Of a DNA stretch of 64,000 nucleotides, positions 1 to 11,795 are shown piece after piece. The DNA is taken from assembly GCA_001724265.1 (NCBI GenBank), contig MEDY01000019.1:62001-126000 (forward strand). Direction: 5' to 3'. Under the pieces are notes generated by a model, which did not search any database, had not been told where the DNA came from, and saw only the letters and a program-made list of their open reading frames with translations. Each line of letters begins with the position of its first letter. Within the stretch, counting starts at the first letter, position 1. A program made the position numbers and the translations under genes. The stretch is from Rhizaria sp. SCN 62-66. Its lineage: Eukaryota.

Positions 1-74
1 GATGCTTGAGCTCATTTTCCCTTTATCTTTGTGCCTATTTGTGTCGCTTTTTGTAGGTGAAGACCAGCGTAACT

Positions 75-995
75 ATGCGTACCTGGACTATTCTGGCGCT
101 CCTTGCGCTTTTTGTGTGCGCGTTCGCGTTCGCGACCGAGGTCGACCTCCCCCCGGCTAACTTTGCTAGCCCCGTCACTAAGGTCTTCACGAGCTCGGAG
201 CAGATGCAGTCCGCTCTCAAGGGCCACCGCGCTCTTGTGTGCTTCTTCAACGCTCGTTGCCCCCACTGCAAGAGCTTTGTGACTGACTTCATCAACGCCG
301 CCCGCAAGTCGCACTCTGACGGCCCCAAGGACGTCGGTTTCTACGCCATGGACGCCGAGCTCAACCCCCACATCCCCCCCGGGTTCGTCTTCTCCCACTT
401 CCCCGGCATCTTCTACGTCGATGCCTCGGGCAACAAGATCCCCTACACCGACAGCCGCGACTCGTTCACGATCCACAACTTCGTCAAGCAGGCCGCGGCC
501 GGCAAGCCGTCGCTGCTCGAGACCAGTGTTGAGGACACCATCAACCACTACAAGTCGCTCATGACCGTCCAGGCTCAGGCCGAGAACGTCCCCGCCGAGT
601 GCCGCCGCCAGGAGCCTTTCTCCATGATTGAGTCCGAGGCCGAGTCCGAGGCCGACGCCGAGGTTGATGCCGAGGCCGACGCTGAGGCCGAGGAGGAGGG
701 TGAGGCTGACGAGGAGGCTGAGGAGGAGGGTGAGGCTGATGCCGAGGCCGAGACCGAGTCCGAGCAGGAGCAGGAGCAGAAGACCGAGGTTGACGCCGAG
801 GCCGAGGCTTCCCTGCTCGAGGTCGAGGCTGAGACCGAGGTTGACGCTGAGGCCGAGGCCGAGGTTGACGCCGAGGCCGAGCTCGAGGCCGAGCTCGACG
901 CCGAGGTCGAGATGGAGGAGGAGGGCGATGCTGACGCCGACGCTGACGCTGATGCCGACGTCGAGGCCGAGGCCGAGACCGAGGAGGACGCGTAA
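75..995 (+). CDS. Secreted thioredoxin/PDI-like protein with long acidic Ala/Glu/Asp C-terminal tail
   Basis: ATG at 75 followed by hydrophobic signal peptide (MRTWTILALLALFVCAFAFA); thioredoxin fold with LVCFFNARCPHCK (CxxC) and FPGIFY cis-Pro motif; repeats of AEAEADAE; ends TAA, then AT-rich sequence. Confidence 0.8.
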   Translation: MRTWTILALLALFVCAFAFATEVDLPPANFASPVTKVFTSSEQMQSALKGHRALVCFFNARCPHCKSFVTDFINAARKSHSDGPKDVGFYAMDAELNPHIPPGFVFSHFPGIFYVDASGNKIPYTDSRDSFTIHNFVKQAAAGKPSLLETSVEDTINHYKSLMTVQAQAENVPAECRRQEPFSMIESEAESEADAEVDAEADAEAEEEGEADEEAEEEGEADAEAETESEQEQEQKTEVDAEAEASLLEVEAETEVDAEAEAEVDAEAELEAELDAEVEMEEEGDADADADADADVEAEAETEEDA

Positions 996-1667
996 GCAAA
1001 TGGCTTCGCGTGCGCTTCGTTTAAGTAGCTTTAACAATAGTTGTAGTTATCTAGGCAATGGGAGCCATCTTTAATTGTCGCGTGATTAATAATACACATG
1101 TACACTTTTGTGAACACATTCAAGTTGTATATCTCCATTTTATTCGTTTCTTGTTTTGCTTTCAGCTTGTTTTGCGACATCGTTCTTCCGAATGTAACTA
1201 AACATATCTGGCCAATTCAAGCATAAAACAACTTAAAGAATGCTACTTAATGACTAAAATCGACAAGGAACACAAGATAGAGCTGCAGAAAGAGCATTTC
1301 CATTAATGGTAAGTGACTGTGCGCATATTTTTTGGTGCTGAGCTGATAACGGCAACTTGAAGCGTAGCGCTGACCTCCAGACCACTTGAAAAGCTCGCAA
1401 CAACAAAACCACACCGAGATGACCTGTGACATCAGAACACTACATCAGCCAATAATAAGCTTGTAGATAGCTTAATCTTACCTGATCACATTCTATTATA
1501 CCTCAACATTTCTCTAACATAAAAGCAATGATGCGCAATCATTACTTTCTTGCTCATCCTCGCGCAACCCCTATCTTGACTCTCTCTCTCTCGCCTTCGC
1601 TCATTCGCCTCTTGCCCTGCCTGTGCTTCTTCGCACCTCGAACGTTAACCCAGCTTCTTTCTTCGCG

Positions 1668-2474
1668 ATGCGTTTCTCCAGCGCCCTCCTGGTTTTCTTC
1701 CTCGCCTTCGTCGCGCTCTCCACCGTTGCGGCCGACGACTCCGTGACTTCGACCGCGGTAGCCGCGCCCGCCACGCCCCCAGTCAACCCCGCGATCGAGG
1801 CCTTCGCGCGCGTGGACCCCGAGCGCGACCCCGCGCCCGCAGGCTTTGCTGTTTTCCGCACCTGGACGCCCGCGTCGTGCGGCGCGCAGGTCAAGTCCGG
1901 CGATGAGATCCACCTCATGTACACGGCCCGCTTCGCTCCCGACACACCTGCCGGCACCCCCAACGCCGTGTTCGACCAGACGACAACGCCCGTGGTGCTG
2001 CACGTGCGCGGCGACGCCCTCATTACAGGGCTGTATCGCGGGCTGCTGGGCTCCTGCACGCGCGAACGCCGCCGTATCGTGATCCCGGCGTTGTGGGCCT
2101 ATGGCCCCCAGGGCTTCATGGACGTCCCCGGCAACGCCAAGGTCGTCTTCGACGTTGACGTGTTCGACACGCACCCGCTGACGGACGTCTTCGGCGAGAT
2201 GGACACGGACCGCGACGGGTGCGTCGAGCTGGCTGAGATCAGCTCCTGGGTGATCCGCCAGGGCGTGCATGAGAGCCAGGCGCCCGCCGTGTCGGCGCGC
2301 ATGCTCGCGCATGACGACGACAACAAGGACGGCCGGCTCACATGCGACGAGTTCAGCGGGAGCAAGATCTGCCGCGACCACCGCCACCGCACCTGCGCGC
2401 GCCGCGTCGACCCCGAGGCCGCCGCGGTTGAGGACGTCGAGGCCCAGCCCCCCGCCGTCGTCGACCGCGCGTAA
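1668..2474 (+). CDS. FKBP-type peptidyl-prolyl isomerase with signal peptide and two EF-hands (FKBP7/FKBP14-like architecture)
   Basis: Signal peptide MRFSSALLVFFLAFVALSTVAA; FKBP motifs (VKSGDEIHLMYTARF, LITGLYRGLLGSC..ERRRIVIPALWAYG, VPGNAKVVFDV); EF-hand loops DTDRDGCVELAE and DDNKDGRLTCDE; ends TAA. No KDEL-like C-terminus. Confidence 0.85.
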   Translation: MRFSSALLVFFLAFVALSTVAADDSVTSTAVAAPATPPVNPAIEAFARVDPERDPAPAGFAVFRTWTPASCGAQVKSGDEIHLMYTARFAPDTPAGTPNAVFDQTTTPVVLHVRGDALITGLYRGLLGSCTRERRRIVIPALWAYGPQGFMDVPGNAKVVFDVDVFDTHPLTDVFGEMDTDRDGCVELAEISSWVIRQGVHESQAPAVSARMLAHDDDNKDGRLTCDEFSGSKICRDHRHRTCARRVDPEAAAVEDVEAQPPAVVDRA

Positions 2475-2881
2475 GCGCTGTATCGGGACGATTCGAGCCG
2501 CCTAAACAAGCTTTCGACGGCAAAATATATCCTTTGCAACTAGTATGTGTTTATATGCTCGTGTGCTATCTACTTCAGCAGTCAAATGTGCGATGATACA
2601 AACAGATCGTTGCACTTGTCGTGCTTGTATGTTTTTGCAATAACTTGAGTTTGAGTAAGATAGAGACAGTAAAATACAGTTTTAGTTGTATTTTGAAGAA
2701 AAGTATTGAATTGGGAATTGGACCTTATGTATTTGAGATAATATGTTCTTATGTAGCTGTTTCTGGAATCTGGCCTTCACTTGGTGTTAACACTTCGACT
2801 TGTCACACGGACACAAAATTTATTGTGTGATTGCGCCCCTTCACACAGCGGCCGACTCGGCAGCTGACTCAGCGGTTGGAC

Positions 2882-3323
2882 TCAACGGTTGGGCATAAAA
2901 GGCGGCGGCACGTACCCCCCTTGCTGCCCCCGCGTCGCACTGTTCGCATTGTTGCCGATGTTATTGCCGTTGACGGGGCCGCCGACGACGGCGCCAGGTA
3001 CGGCCCAGCCGTAGGGCGCGCCGCGCGCCGCCGCCGCGCCGGGGGGCATGCCGGCGGGCGGCGCGGCCCCGCCCAGGCCCATAGCGGCGCCGCCGGCCAA
3101 GGGGATGGGGACGTTATAGCCGCCGCCGTGGCTGCCGCCCCCAATGAACATGTTGGCAGTGGGCGCGGGCGCGGGCGCGTTCGCGTTGTTGTTGTGGCCG
3201 CCGAAGCCGCCGGTGAAGTTGGCTTTGTGAGTATTGTTGTTGCTGTTGTAAGCAGGGCGGTTATCGTTGTTGTTGTTATTGTTATTCGCGTAAGTGGCAT
3301 TGGGGCCACCAATGTAACGACCG

Positions 3324-3361
<38 letters not shown>

Positions 3362-4361
3362 CGTGTTTCCAGCGAACCTCGGGACCCGGCCACTGTTAAT
3401 ATTGCTATTGTTGTGAGCAGCACCACCAATCATCGACACCTGAGCCTTCTTCTTACCAGCGCTAGTCTGCGACTGCTGCTGCTGCTGCTTATTGTTGTTG
3501 TTATTGTTGTTAGTATTGTTCGCGCTGGCACTGTTGGCTCCCTTCTTCTTGGCGGCCCTGGCGGCGGCCTCCTCCTCGTCGTCCGAGTACTCCTGCTCGT
3601 CATCACCGATCTCCTCGTCGTGCATGTTGGACGCGTCAGAGCCCTTAAGCAGCCGCAGCTGCTGCGCCAGCACCCAGCTCGCGTCCGCCGTCGAGTAGTA
3701 GACCGTCAACCCCTCGGCCACAGCCGGGTGCAGCGCCAATACAGCGCCCGCATTCTCACCCGCACCCGCACTCGTACTCGCATTTGTGGTTATGGCCGCA
3801 GTTGCAGTCGCGGGCGCGGCGGTTTTGCTCTCACTGGCGGCGTCCGTCGCGGTCTCAGCGGTCGCGTTACCGCTGATACTACTGTTGCTGTTGCTGTTGC
3901 TGTTGCTGTTGTTCAAGAGCACTGCGGCGGGCCGCAACACGTAGTAGGGGTTGCTGACAGGCCCGAACACGTCCTCGACGCGGCCGATGGGCACGCCCGA
4001 CTGCAGGAACAAGGGCGTGGTGAGGTCGAGTGCGTTGTCGTCGACTCCCGTCGCCTCGACCACGCACGACACGGCCACCTGGCTCTGGGACGGCGTCTGT
4101 GAGCGACTGCTGCCGCTATTGCCACTGCTGAGAGTGTGGTAGGCGATCGAATAGACCACGCCCGCGGGTCGGAGCGAGCCGGGGGCCGCGTGGCCCATAA
4201 TAGGCGTCGGCGGCGGTAGCCGCGACAGAGGGACCTCGTTCTTGGACAGCACTCCGTCTGGCCCCACGTCGTCGTCGTCGTCGTCGTCAACAGCCTCGCT
4301 GCCTAGCGCGGTCGCGGCCGCAGTCGCCGTGACGGAGGGCTTGCTGCTGTTGGTGTCGGCG

Positions 4362-4409
<48 letters not shown>

Positions 4410-4879
4410 TGCGGCAGCTGCTTCGCGGGCCCCCGCATGAGTTGCGCGATAAGCTCGCGGTCCTTGGCGGCGTCGCCAGTGAAGGTGATCACGCCGAGCC
4501 CCTCATCGTCGTCGTCGTCGGAGTCCGTCATGTCGTACATGTCCCGCGCACCGCCGCTGTGATCTTGATCGTGATCGTCACCGTGGGCGTCGTCGTCGGA
4601 GTCGGTCATGGCATCGTAGCCGGCCTCGCCCGGGAAGAGGACCTCCTTGAGCTCGGGCGGCAGGTTCGAGTAGTCCAGGCTGTCGTCGCTGTCGTCGCCC
4701 GCGCCCATCGCGGCCGCAGCCGCAGCCGCAGCTGCCGCAACGTCGTTGTTATTGTCAGAGGAGGGGATGGTGAAGGTTTGGTCGGGGGCGGCCTCCACGG
4801 TCGCCAAGTCCTGCATGAACGCGCTCTCCATCGCGGCGTAGTCGCCTTCGTCGCCGCTGGCGTCAACGGCAGGGTCCAT
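2882..4879 (-). CDS. NAF1: H/ACA ribonucleoprotein assembly factor NAF1 (Gar1/Naf1 domain)
   Basis: IGRVEDVFGPVSNPYYVLR and KGSDASNMHDEE...EYSDDEEE are characteristic Naf1 motifs; acidic N-terminus and Pro/Gly-rich tail; start taken at ATG 4879 (MDPAVD); ends TGA. Confidence 0.9.
3323..3361 (-). repeat. (AAC)13 coding microsatellite, poly-Asn in NAF1
   Basis: Perfect GTT repeat on the + strand. Confidence 0.9.
4361..4408 (-). repeat. (AAC)16 coding microsatellite, poly-Asn in NAF1
   Basis: Perfect GTT repeat on the + strand. Confidence 0.9.
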
Positions 4880-5444
4880 GGGGCTGTGGGCTGTCGGTAG
4901 CAGTGCGGGATAGGGCAGATACGGGGGGAAAGCGAGGGACGGCGCAGGTACAGGGTCGAGGGTGAAACAAGCGTGACGCAAAAGAGCAGGAAAATACGAG
5001 GGGTGAGATTTAACAGGGCGTGAAAAACAAATCCAAGTAGAAAATAAGCGAGGGCTACTTGAAAGTGGTGTTATATGTGCAGTGACGGATGATCTGGCGA
5101 GATATAGATGCTGTTCAATGTGCACCACCAACCCTTCTCAAGCCGAGAGCCGACCAAGCCCTCCGCGCCATGGCTGACCAAGCAGCAAACAAAATTTCGG
5201 ATTTCTGCTCTTCTATAATCGTCAATACGAATTTGTCTATTTTAACACATAACTAAACGCAGTATTAGTTTTATAACTGATTGTGATTTTTGTCCAAACC
5301 AACGTCTCCGTGCGCTGATATCTTTCTAGTTTAACCCATCACCCACCGTCATTCTCCCACTACAGACTACCTCGCTCTCCTCCCCTGCGCTGAACACAAC
5401 TCTTGTCTCTACAAGCCCCGCCCAGCGCACTTTCCCCCGGCGCC

Positions 5445-8400
5445 ATGCAGCCTGCCCCCGGCCACCCGTCGGCCTACAGCAGCAATCCCTACGCGCTCGC
5501 CGGCCCCCCGCGGCAACAGCAGCAGGCCCCTACAGCCGCATCGGCCGCTTCCGCCTCCGCGTCGGTCGCGACGGCTGCGACAGCTGCGCCGCACAACCCC
5601 TTTGCCCCACCGACTGCCTCCGTTTCTGCCTCTGCTGCGCCGAATCCCTTTGCCCCCCGTCCTCAAACATATGCAACCGCTGCGCTGGCTGGAGCGACTG
5701 GAGTGACTGGAGCTTTTCCCCAGCCTCAGCCACAACCACAGCTTCCACAGCGCTTGCCGACGACAGGCGCGGGGCCAGCGGTGGCATCTCGGCCCAGCTA
5801 TGCCCCCCTGCCGAGCTACGCGCCGCTGGCGCCGCTGCCGGCGCTGAAGCCGCTTATGCCATTCGCAGCCACAGCTACAGCTACAGCTTCAGCTACAGCA
5901 TCGCAAGCGCCAGTGCAGTCGAGCGCGAGCGCGAGTGCTAGCAGTGCGGCGCTGCCGTTTGCGAACAACCCCTTTGCGCCTCGGCCAGTCAGCTACGCTA
6001 GCGATATCGATAGCAATAGCATTAACAGCAGCAGCAGCAGCAGCAGCAGTCAAAATAACACTTATCTAACGACTGCTGCGCCGACCGTCAGTGCCAGTGC
6101 AACTCAAGCTGCTCACAGTCACTCTAGCGATTGCAACCACGGTCACGCTCACGGTTAGGGCCACGCTCACGGCCACAGTCATGGTCCCGGCTCTGCCCCT
6201 TGTACTCACAGTCACTCTGCCCCTGCTCACAGTCAATCACCTAGCTCACAGTCACTCGACACACAGCCACTGCTCCAGTCGCACTTGCAGTCTCAGTCTC
6301 ATAACTCGCGTAGCCCTCAGACATCTGCGGTGAGCCAGCAGTCACTGCGCTCCGTCCCCCCGCTCCCTTCGCTCCTGAGCGGCAGTAACAGTCTGCGCAG
6401 CAGCAGCAGCAGCAGCAGCAGTAGTCCGCTGTACCGCCTGCCCGGTCCCGCGTCCCCGCGCGCGCTATGGCTGGCCGCGCTGTCCCTCTTCCCGATGCTC
6501 CTGCTCCGCTCGCCGCCCCTCTCCTCCCCCTCCTCATCGTCATCATCAGCACTGCAGCAGCGCTCGGTCGCCGCGACGCTCCGCCGCCTCCTGCTGCCGC
6601 AGCCCTACGCAGTGCTGCTCGGCTACCTGCTCTTCCTCGTCGCCATCGCCACCGCCGAGATGGCGTTCGCGGCCTGGACGGGCTACGTCGGCGCGGCGAC
6701 GTCGGGGTTGCACAGGGCCTTCCACGCGGGCCTCGTCGCCGTCGCACTCGCGGCTGCGGCGCACGCGCGGATCAGCCCCGTCGACGCGCGAAACACACTC
6801 AGCAACAACAGCAGCAACGCGAGCAACAACAGCAGCAGCTCCGGTGTCGCTCGCGGTGGCGGCAGTAGCGCGACCGTCATGCTCTCGCTGCCGCTGCCGT
6901 CCCTGGCGGCCACGCGCGTGCCCGTGCTGGTGGCCTTCGCGCTCACGTCCTCGGTGCTCTTCACTTCGGTCTTCCACAGCCTCGAGGCCGTCCACGGCTT
7001 CCTCTCGCCCGCGCACGCGCACGCGCACGAGGACGAGCACTCTCTGCTGCCGTTGGCCGCCGCGCTAGCGGACTTCGCGGCTGTCGCGCTGCTCGCCGCC
7101 GCAGGGTTTGGCCCGCTCGCGGCCGGCGACTGGGCCACCGCGGGGCTCCACGCGCCTGATAGCACCACCAGCAGCGGCGCCAGTCATAGCGGCGGCGGGG
7201 GTGCAGTGCCGCGGACGGCGACGGGGGCGATCGACGTGTTCGCGTGCGTGGAGCTGGCCGAGACGGTTTCCAAGGCGGCGGCTGCGTCTTCAATGTCTCG
7301 CGCTCACAGTCACGGTCAGAGTAGCACGAGCGCTAGATCCAGTTCTAATATCAACGCTAACGATGGAGTTGTTGGCTTGGCTCCGGGGATTGACTATTTC
7401 GCCGAAGAGCAAGACCAGAACACTGCTGCTGCTGCTGCGAACGGCATCAACAGCAGTGGAGTCTACAGCTCTGACCACGACCACGATCACGATTACGGTC
7501 ACGGTCACGGTCATGGTGCGGGTGCAAATGCGAGTTCAGCGGCCCCAGGACTCATCGCTTTCCCCCTCAACTGCTCCATCGCGTCCCTCACGCACACCTT
7601 TAGCTCTCACGCCATTGCCAACACCAACACTGACGCTCACGGCTCTCAATCAAGCTCCTGTGCGAGTGTGTCGCCGCCGCCGCCGCAGCTGACGGTGGCC
7701 GCGGCGTCCCCAGGCGTGCTGCTGCATTGGCGGGCGCACACGCTCTCGGCCGACCACACGCTGCTGCCGGCGCTGAGCGTGCTGCTGCTGTCTTCGGGTC
7801 TGATTCACAGCCACCCGCTGGCTGCACCCGCGCTGCACCTGCTGCTCGACCTCCACGCCTCGGCGCTCGCGACCACGCTGCTCGCGGCCGCGCTGCTCTG
7901 TGCCGTCGCCGCGCCCGCCGCGCGCGCCGCCGCCGGCGTCCTCGTGTTGGCTGTGCCCCGCGGGGCCCGGCGCGCGGCCGTCGCTGCGGCGGCGGACGCG
8001 GCGGCGGCGATGGCCACGGCCAGCGGCGGGGGCGGCGGCGGCAGCGCGGATGTCATGAACAGCGGTTATAACAATTGCGGCGGCAAGCTCGCGTTGTCAT
8101 CCGCGCAGACTAATAGTGCTGCTGCTGGTAATGTGGTTACGGCTGTCACATGCAGTGAGCAGCAGCCCGTCCAGCTGTTCACGGTGTCCCGCATCGCGTC
8201 CGTGACCGCGTATCTGCCGACGCCGCACTCGCTCGCCGTCTCCGTCGCAGTGCTCCTGCGGCCCTGGCCCGCCGCCGCCGCTGCGCACGGTGCTCAGGTG
8301 ACTGTGGGCAGCCATGCCGCGACGCGCGCGATGCGGTGCCGCCACCTGGGCACGGCCGCGGGCGCCGCGGTGGGGCCCTGGACGGCGGCCGAGGTCGCCG

Positions 8401-8501
8401 CGGCCGTGCGCGCGGCCGTGGGCGCCGCGGTCGGCGCCGCGGAGGCGGGCGGGCGCGCGCTCAGCACGGTGACAGTGAGTACTGAGGTGGAGAAAGCGTA
8501 A
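5445..8501 (+). CDS. Cation diffusion facilitator (ZnT/MTP-like) metal transporter, divergent; spans an in-frame TAG at 6156-6158
   Basis: ORFs 5403-6158 and 6285-8501 are in the same frame, separated only by one TAG inside a His-Gly repeat. CDF-like segments: AEMAFAAWTG..GLHRAFH, TRVPVLVAFALTSSVLFTSVFHSLEAVHGFLSP, GVLLHWRAH; His-rich loops; ends TAA. About 1018 aa if TAG is read as sense. Confidence 0.65.
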
Positions 8502-8893
8502 CGACTGTGTGTTGCACTGTGACTCATTCATGAAATCGGCGACTGCGTTGAGTTGGACACTTGTGAATGATCGTTGTATTTCACGTTTCATGAGGCATGT
8601 TTTCATCATCTTATTCTAGTTTTAACATTGATTATTCATTTGTATTTTCATTTATGCTTGTTTGCTTTACCTGCCGCCTCTGCTGGATGGAGCGGGACAT
8701 TATTTTTCCTTTTTTCTCAATACACGAGTGACTTGTGATATGTCAATCCCCCTTTTTCATATGCACCCCCGTCGCAGCAAGAAAACGCGCTAGCGCTGTG
8801 AGTCTAATCGAATGCATACGACATCGATTACCAGGTTATTTCTTTATTATATCCTTTGAGCAAATTACTCTGTAACAATACATAGCCAGCTTC

Positions 8894-10996
8894 TTAGAGC
8901 GCGGCGGCGTCCTCGGGCGCGGGCTTGCGCTGGGCGCCGAGAACGACCTCCTCGATCTCGTCCGCGGTCGTGGGCCACTTGCCCGAAAGGTTCTCCCAAC
9001 CGTCCTCGGTGATAAGGATGTCATCCTCGAGCCGGACGCCGCCGAAGGTCTCGAAGCGCTTGAGCACGGCGCGGTCGATGAACTTGGCCTGCGCGGGGTT
9101 GTCCAGCGCGCGGTTGATCCACGGCATGTTGAAGTAGATGCCCGGCTCGACAGTAACAACCATGCCAGGCTCCAGCACGCGGTAGCAGCGCACCCACGCC
9201 AGCCCGGGCTCGCAGCAGCGCTCGACGCCCGGCGCGAAGCCGCCCACGTCGTGCACGTTGAGGCCGAGAAGGTGACCCAGCCCGTGGGGCATGAAGACCG
9301 ACGCCATGTTCGCGGCCGCGTACTCGGCCTCGGTGCCGCCCGTGAGCAGCCCGATCTTGGCCAGGTGCGTGATGAGCACGCGCTCGGCCAGCCTGTGCAT
9401 GTCGGGGAAGTTGACCCCCGGCTTGAGTTGCGCGTACACGGCCTGCTGCGCGGCGTGCACGGCGGCGTGGATCGCGCGCTGGTCCTCGGTGAACACGCCC
9501 GAGACAGAGTACGAGCGCGTCAGGTCCGTGGTGTAGCCCGCGTACTCGGCGCCCATGTCCAGCACCATCATGTCCGACGGCTTCAGCAGGCAGTTGTTGG
9601 GGTAGCCTGAGATGGGTGCAGTAAGGAAACAAAAGGAAAGGTATCTCGATGAGATACAAGATTTCAAGAAACATATTTTAATAATAATAGTAAATACAAA
9701 TATACACGCGGATATACTGTTATAATGTCAAAGTGATATGATTCAAGCGAGATATATTCATTTGAAGTGTCGCTCAGGTGACGCACCGGCGTGTCCGTAG
9801 TGGAGGATGGCGCCGTTGGGGCCGGTGCCGCAGATGCAGGTGTAAGCCATGTGGCGCGCGGCGCCGAAGTAGCCCGCCCAAGCCTTGTAGAGCATCTCAC
9901 ACTGGAGCTCGCTCATGCCGGGCTTGATGTGGCGCATCACGTACACGTGCGCCTTGGCCGACATGACGCACGCACGGCGCAGGTGCGCAATCTCCAGGGG
10001 CGTCTTGTGCACGCGCAGCTCAGTCAGCACCGGGTGCAGCAGCTGTAAGAAGAGAGTAAGCAACAAATACAAGAATGAAACGATGAGATATGACTTTGTG
10101 AGAAGCGATTCTTCATAATGACAAGTAAGTTTTCTTTGTTTTGCAAAGCGAACTTAGCGTACCTTGAGGTCGATCTCGAAGCTCTCCATGCCATCGAACA
10201 CGGCGGTAGTCTTGGTCTCGGAGCCCGAGTCGGTGTTGCGGCCCTTGAGCAGCAGGATCTTGGTCACGCCCATCTCCTTGAGCGCCTTGGCGATGTTGGT
10301 CGTGTGTTCCGCGCGGTCCACCATGAGCGTGCGCGTGTAGTACTCGAGCCCGCGCGCCGGGCCCTGCCAGCGCTCCGCGTCGGGCGACACGGGCGGCACA
10401 AACACCACGCTCTGCCCGCCCACGGCGGTTTTGTCGCCGTTGTCGCTGCTGCTGGGGGCGGAGAGGATGAGGGCGCCGAAGACGTCGGGCTCATTGAGCT
10501 GGAACAGGTGGCGGAAGAACGCCTCCTGGCGGAACTCCGTCTTGTCCGTGTCGGAGCAGTACAGCGCAAAGTCCTCGCTCGTGCCGCCCTGCGATCGATG
10601 CGATACGAAGCAAAATGAAGCGATGCAAAGATGAAGGATTTTATGTGTGTGAGTGTTTGATCATTGAGAAGGTCATTTTTGAACAACTATTTGATAAATC
10701 CATACATAATATTTTAAAGGAAAACTAATATCACAAAGTTGATTGATGTGTGCGCAATACTCCGTGGTGATTGTTTGTTCTATGTCACGTACCATGAGGA
10801 CGGCGGCGACGCCCTGGGTCTTGCCCTCAAGGGCCTTGGCGAGCAGCGCGTACGAGCGCACACGGTTCTCCTTGGCCATCTCGGCGATAAACACGGGGTC
10901 CGTCAGCGCCTTGTACTCGTCCATGCTCGCGCGCTCGGCCGCCGTGGGCAGCTCGACGGGCCAGTCAAGCCAGGGCTTGTCCTCAGAGGTCGACAT
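8894..10996 (-). CDS. PEPD: Xaa-Pro dipeptidase (prolidase, peptidase M24B), 4 exons
   Basis: Exons 10996-10793, 10588-10163, 10042-9787, 9606-8894 join in frame via GT..AG introns (532 aa). Motifs FRQEAFF, AILHYGHAG, LDMGAEY..YTTDLTRS, MPHGLGHLLG..VHDVGG, TVEPGIYF, GGVRLEDD; ends TAA. Confidence 0.93.
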
Positions 10997-11795
10997 CTGA
11001 CGACATGGAGAAGAACATAAATATAGGTTTTGTCAAGGAAGGTAATTGTTAGTCACAGTCAGACGTAAATATAATGTTTTAAAAAAAGTGTTGTCCTAGT
11101 GAGGCAAGTTTGGGGTGAATTGTGTGATGTTAAGACGATCTTTTCGAGATGAAGGAGATCGATGATGACAGGGGTGTCGAAAAGGCGAAGCGTATCCGGA
11201 AGTCTCTGGCGGTCTCAATCTTGGGCTGAAGCATGAAAACAGGCGTTAAAAGAAACTAAGCTCATCCACAGATCGCCCACCAAGATATGATTATGTGAAG
11301 CTGCGGTTGAGTAGCCTTGGCGTTTCCGGATGTTAGAGTGATGAGCAGAGCAGATGCTATCAAATTTGGCTGTAGGAAACAAGCGATAGTGCGATGAGAC
11401 CTCACCTAATTAAGTTGAGATTTTAAAAGAAAGAGCAAAACCCAGAAAATCAACCAAACCAAGACGCATTCATGCATTTGTCGTCGGAAACAATGCGATC
11501 AGACTTCTTCTTGCAAGGCCGATGCAGTGATTGCTATTGGACGAGCTCGGTGGCTGGACGGCGGCTGGGTTTGGTGGCGCGGGTCAGCAACACATGACGA
11601 TTTTTGCAACGACGATAATTCAATCTCAGATCGTCACCGCGGAATGCCATAACGATTATTGGATAAGCTAACACATGCATCACCTTTTCTGCAATCTACT
11701 CTTGCATAGTCTTTTTTCTCATCACAGGAGCCCTACTTTAGAGCTGGTGACCGCGCAAAGCACACAGGGGCCCCCCTCCTTTCGCGTTTCCCTTC

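Noticed and set aside
628-990. Regularly spaced GCCGAG/GAGGCCGAG repeats resembling an array
   Set aside because: Coding repeats for the Ala/Glu tail; no constant repeat with unique spacers and no cas genes, so not CRISPR.
11000-11790. Spacer between divergent PEPD and TMEM135 as a possible small gene or RNA gene
   Set aside because: No convincing ORF or RNA structure seen; probably 5' UTRs, UTR introns and promoter sequence.
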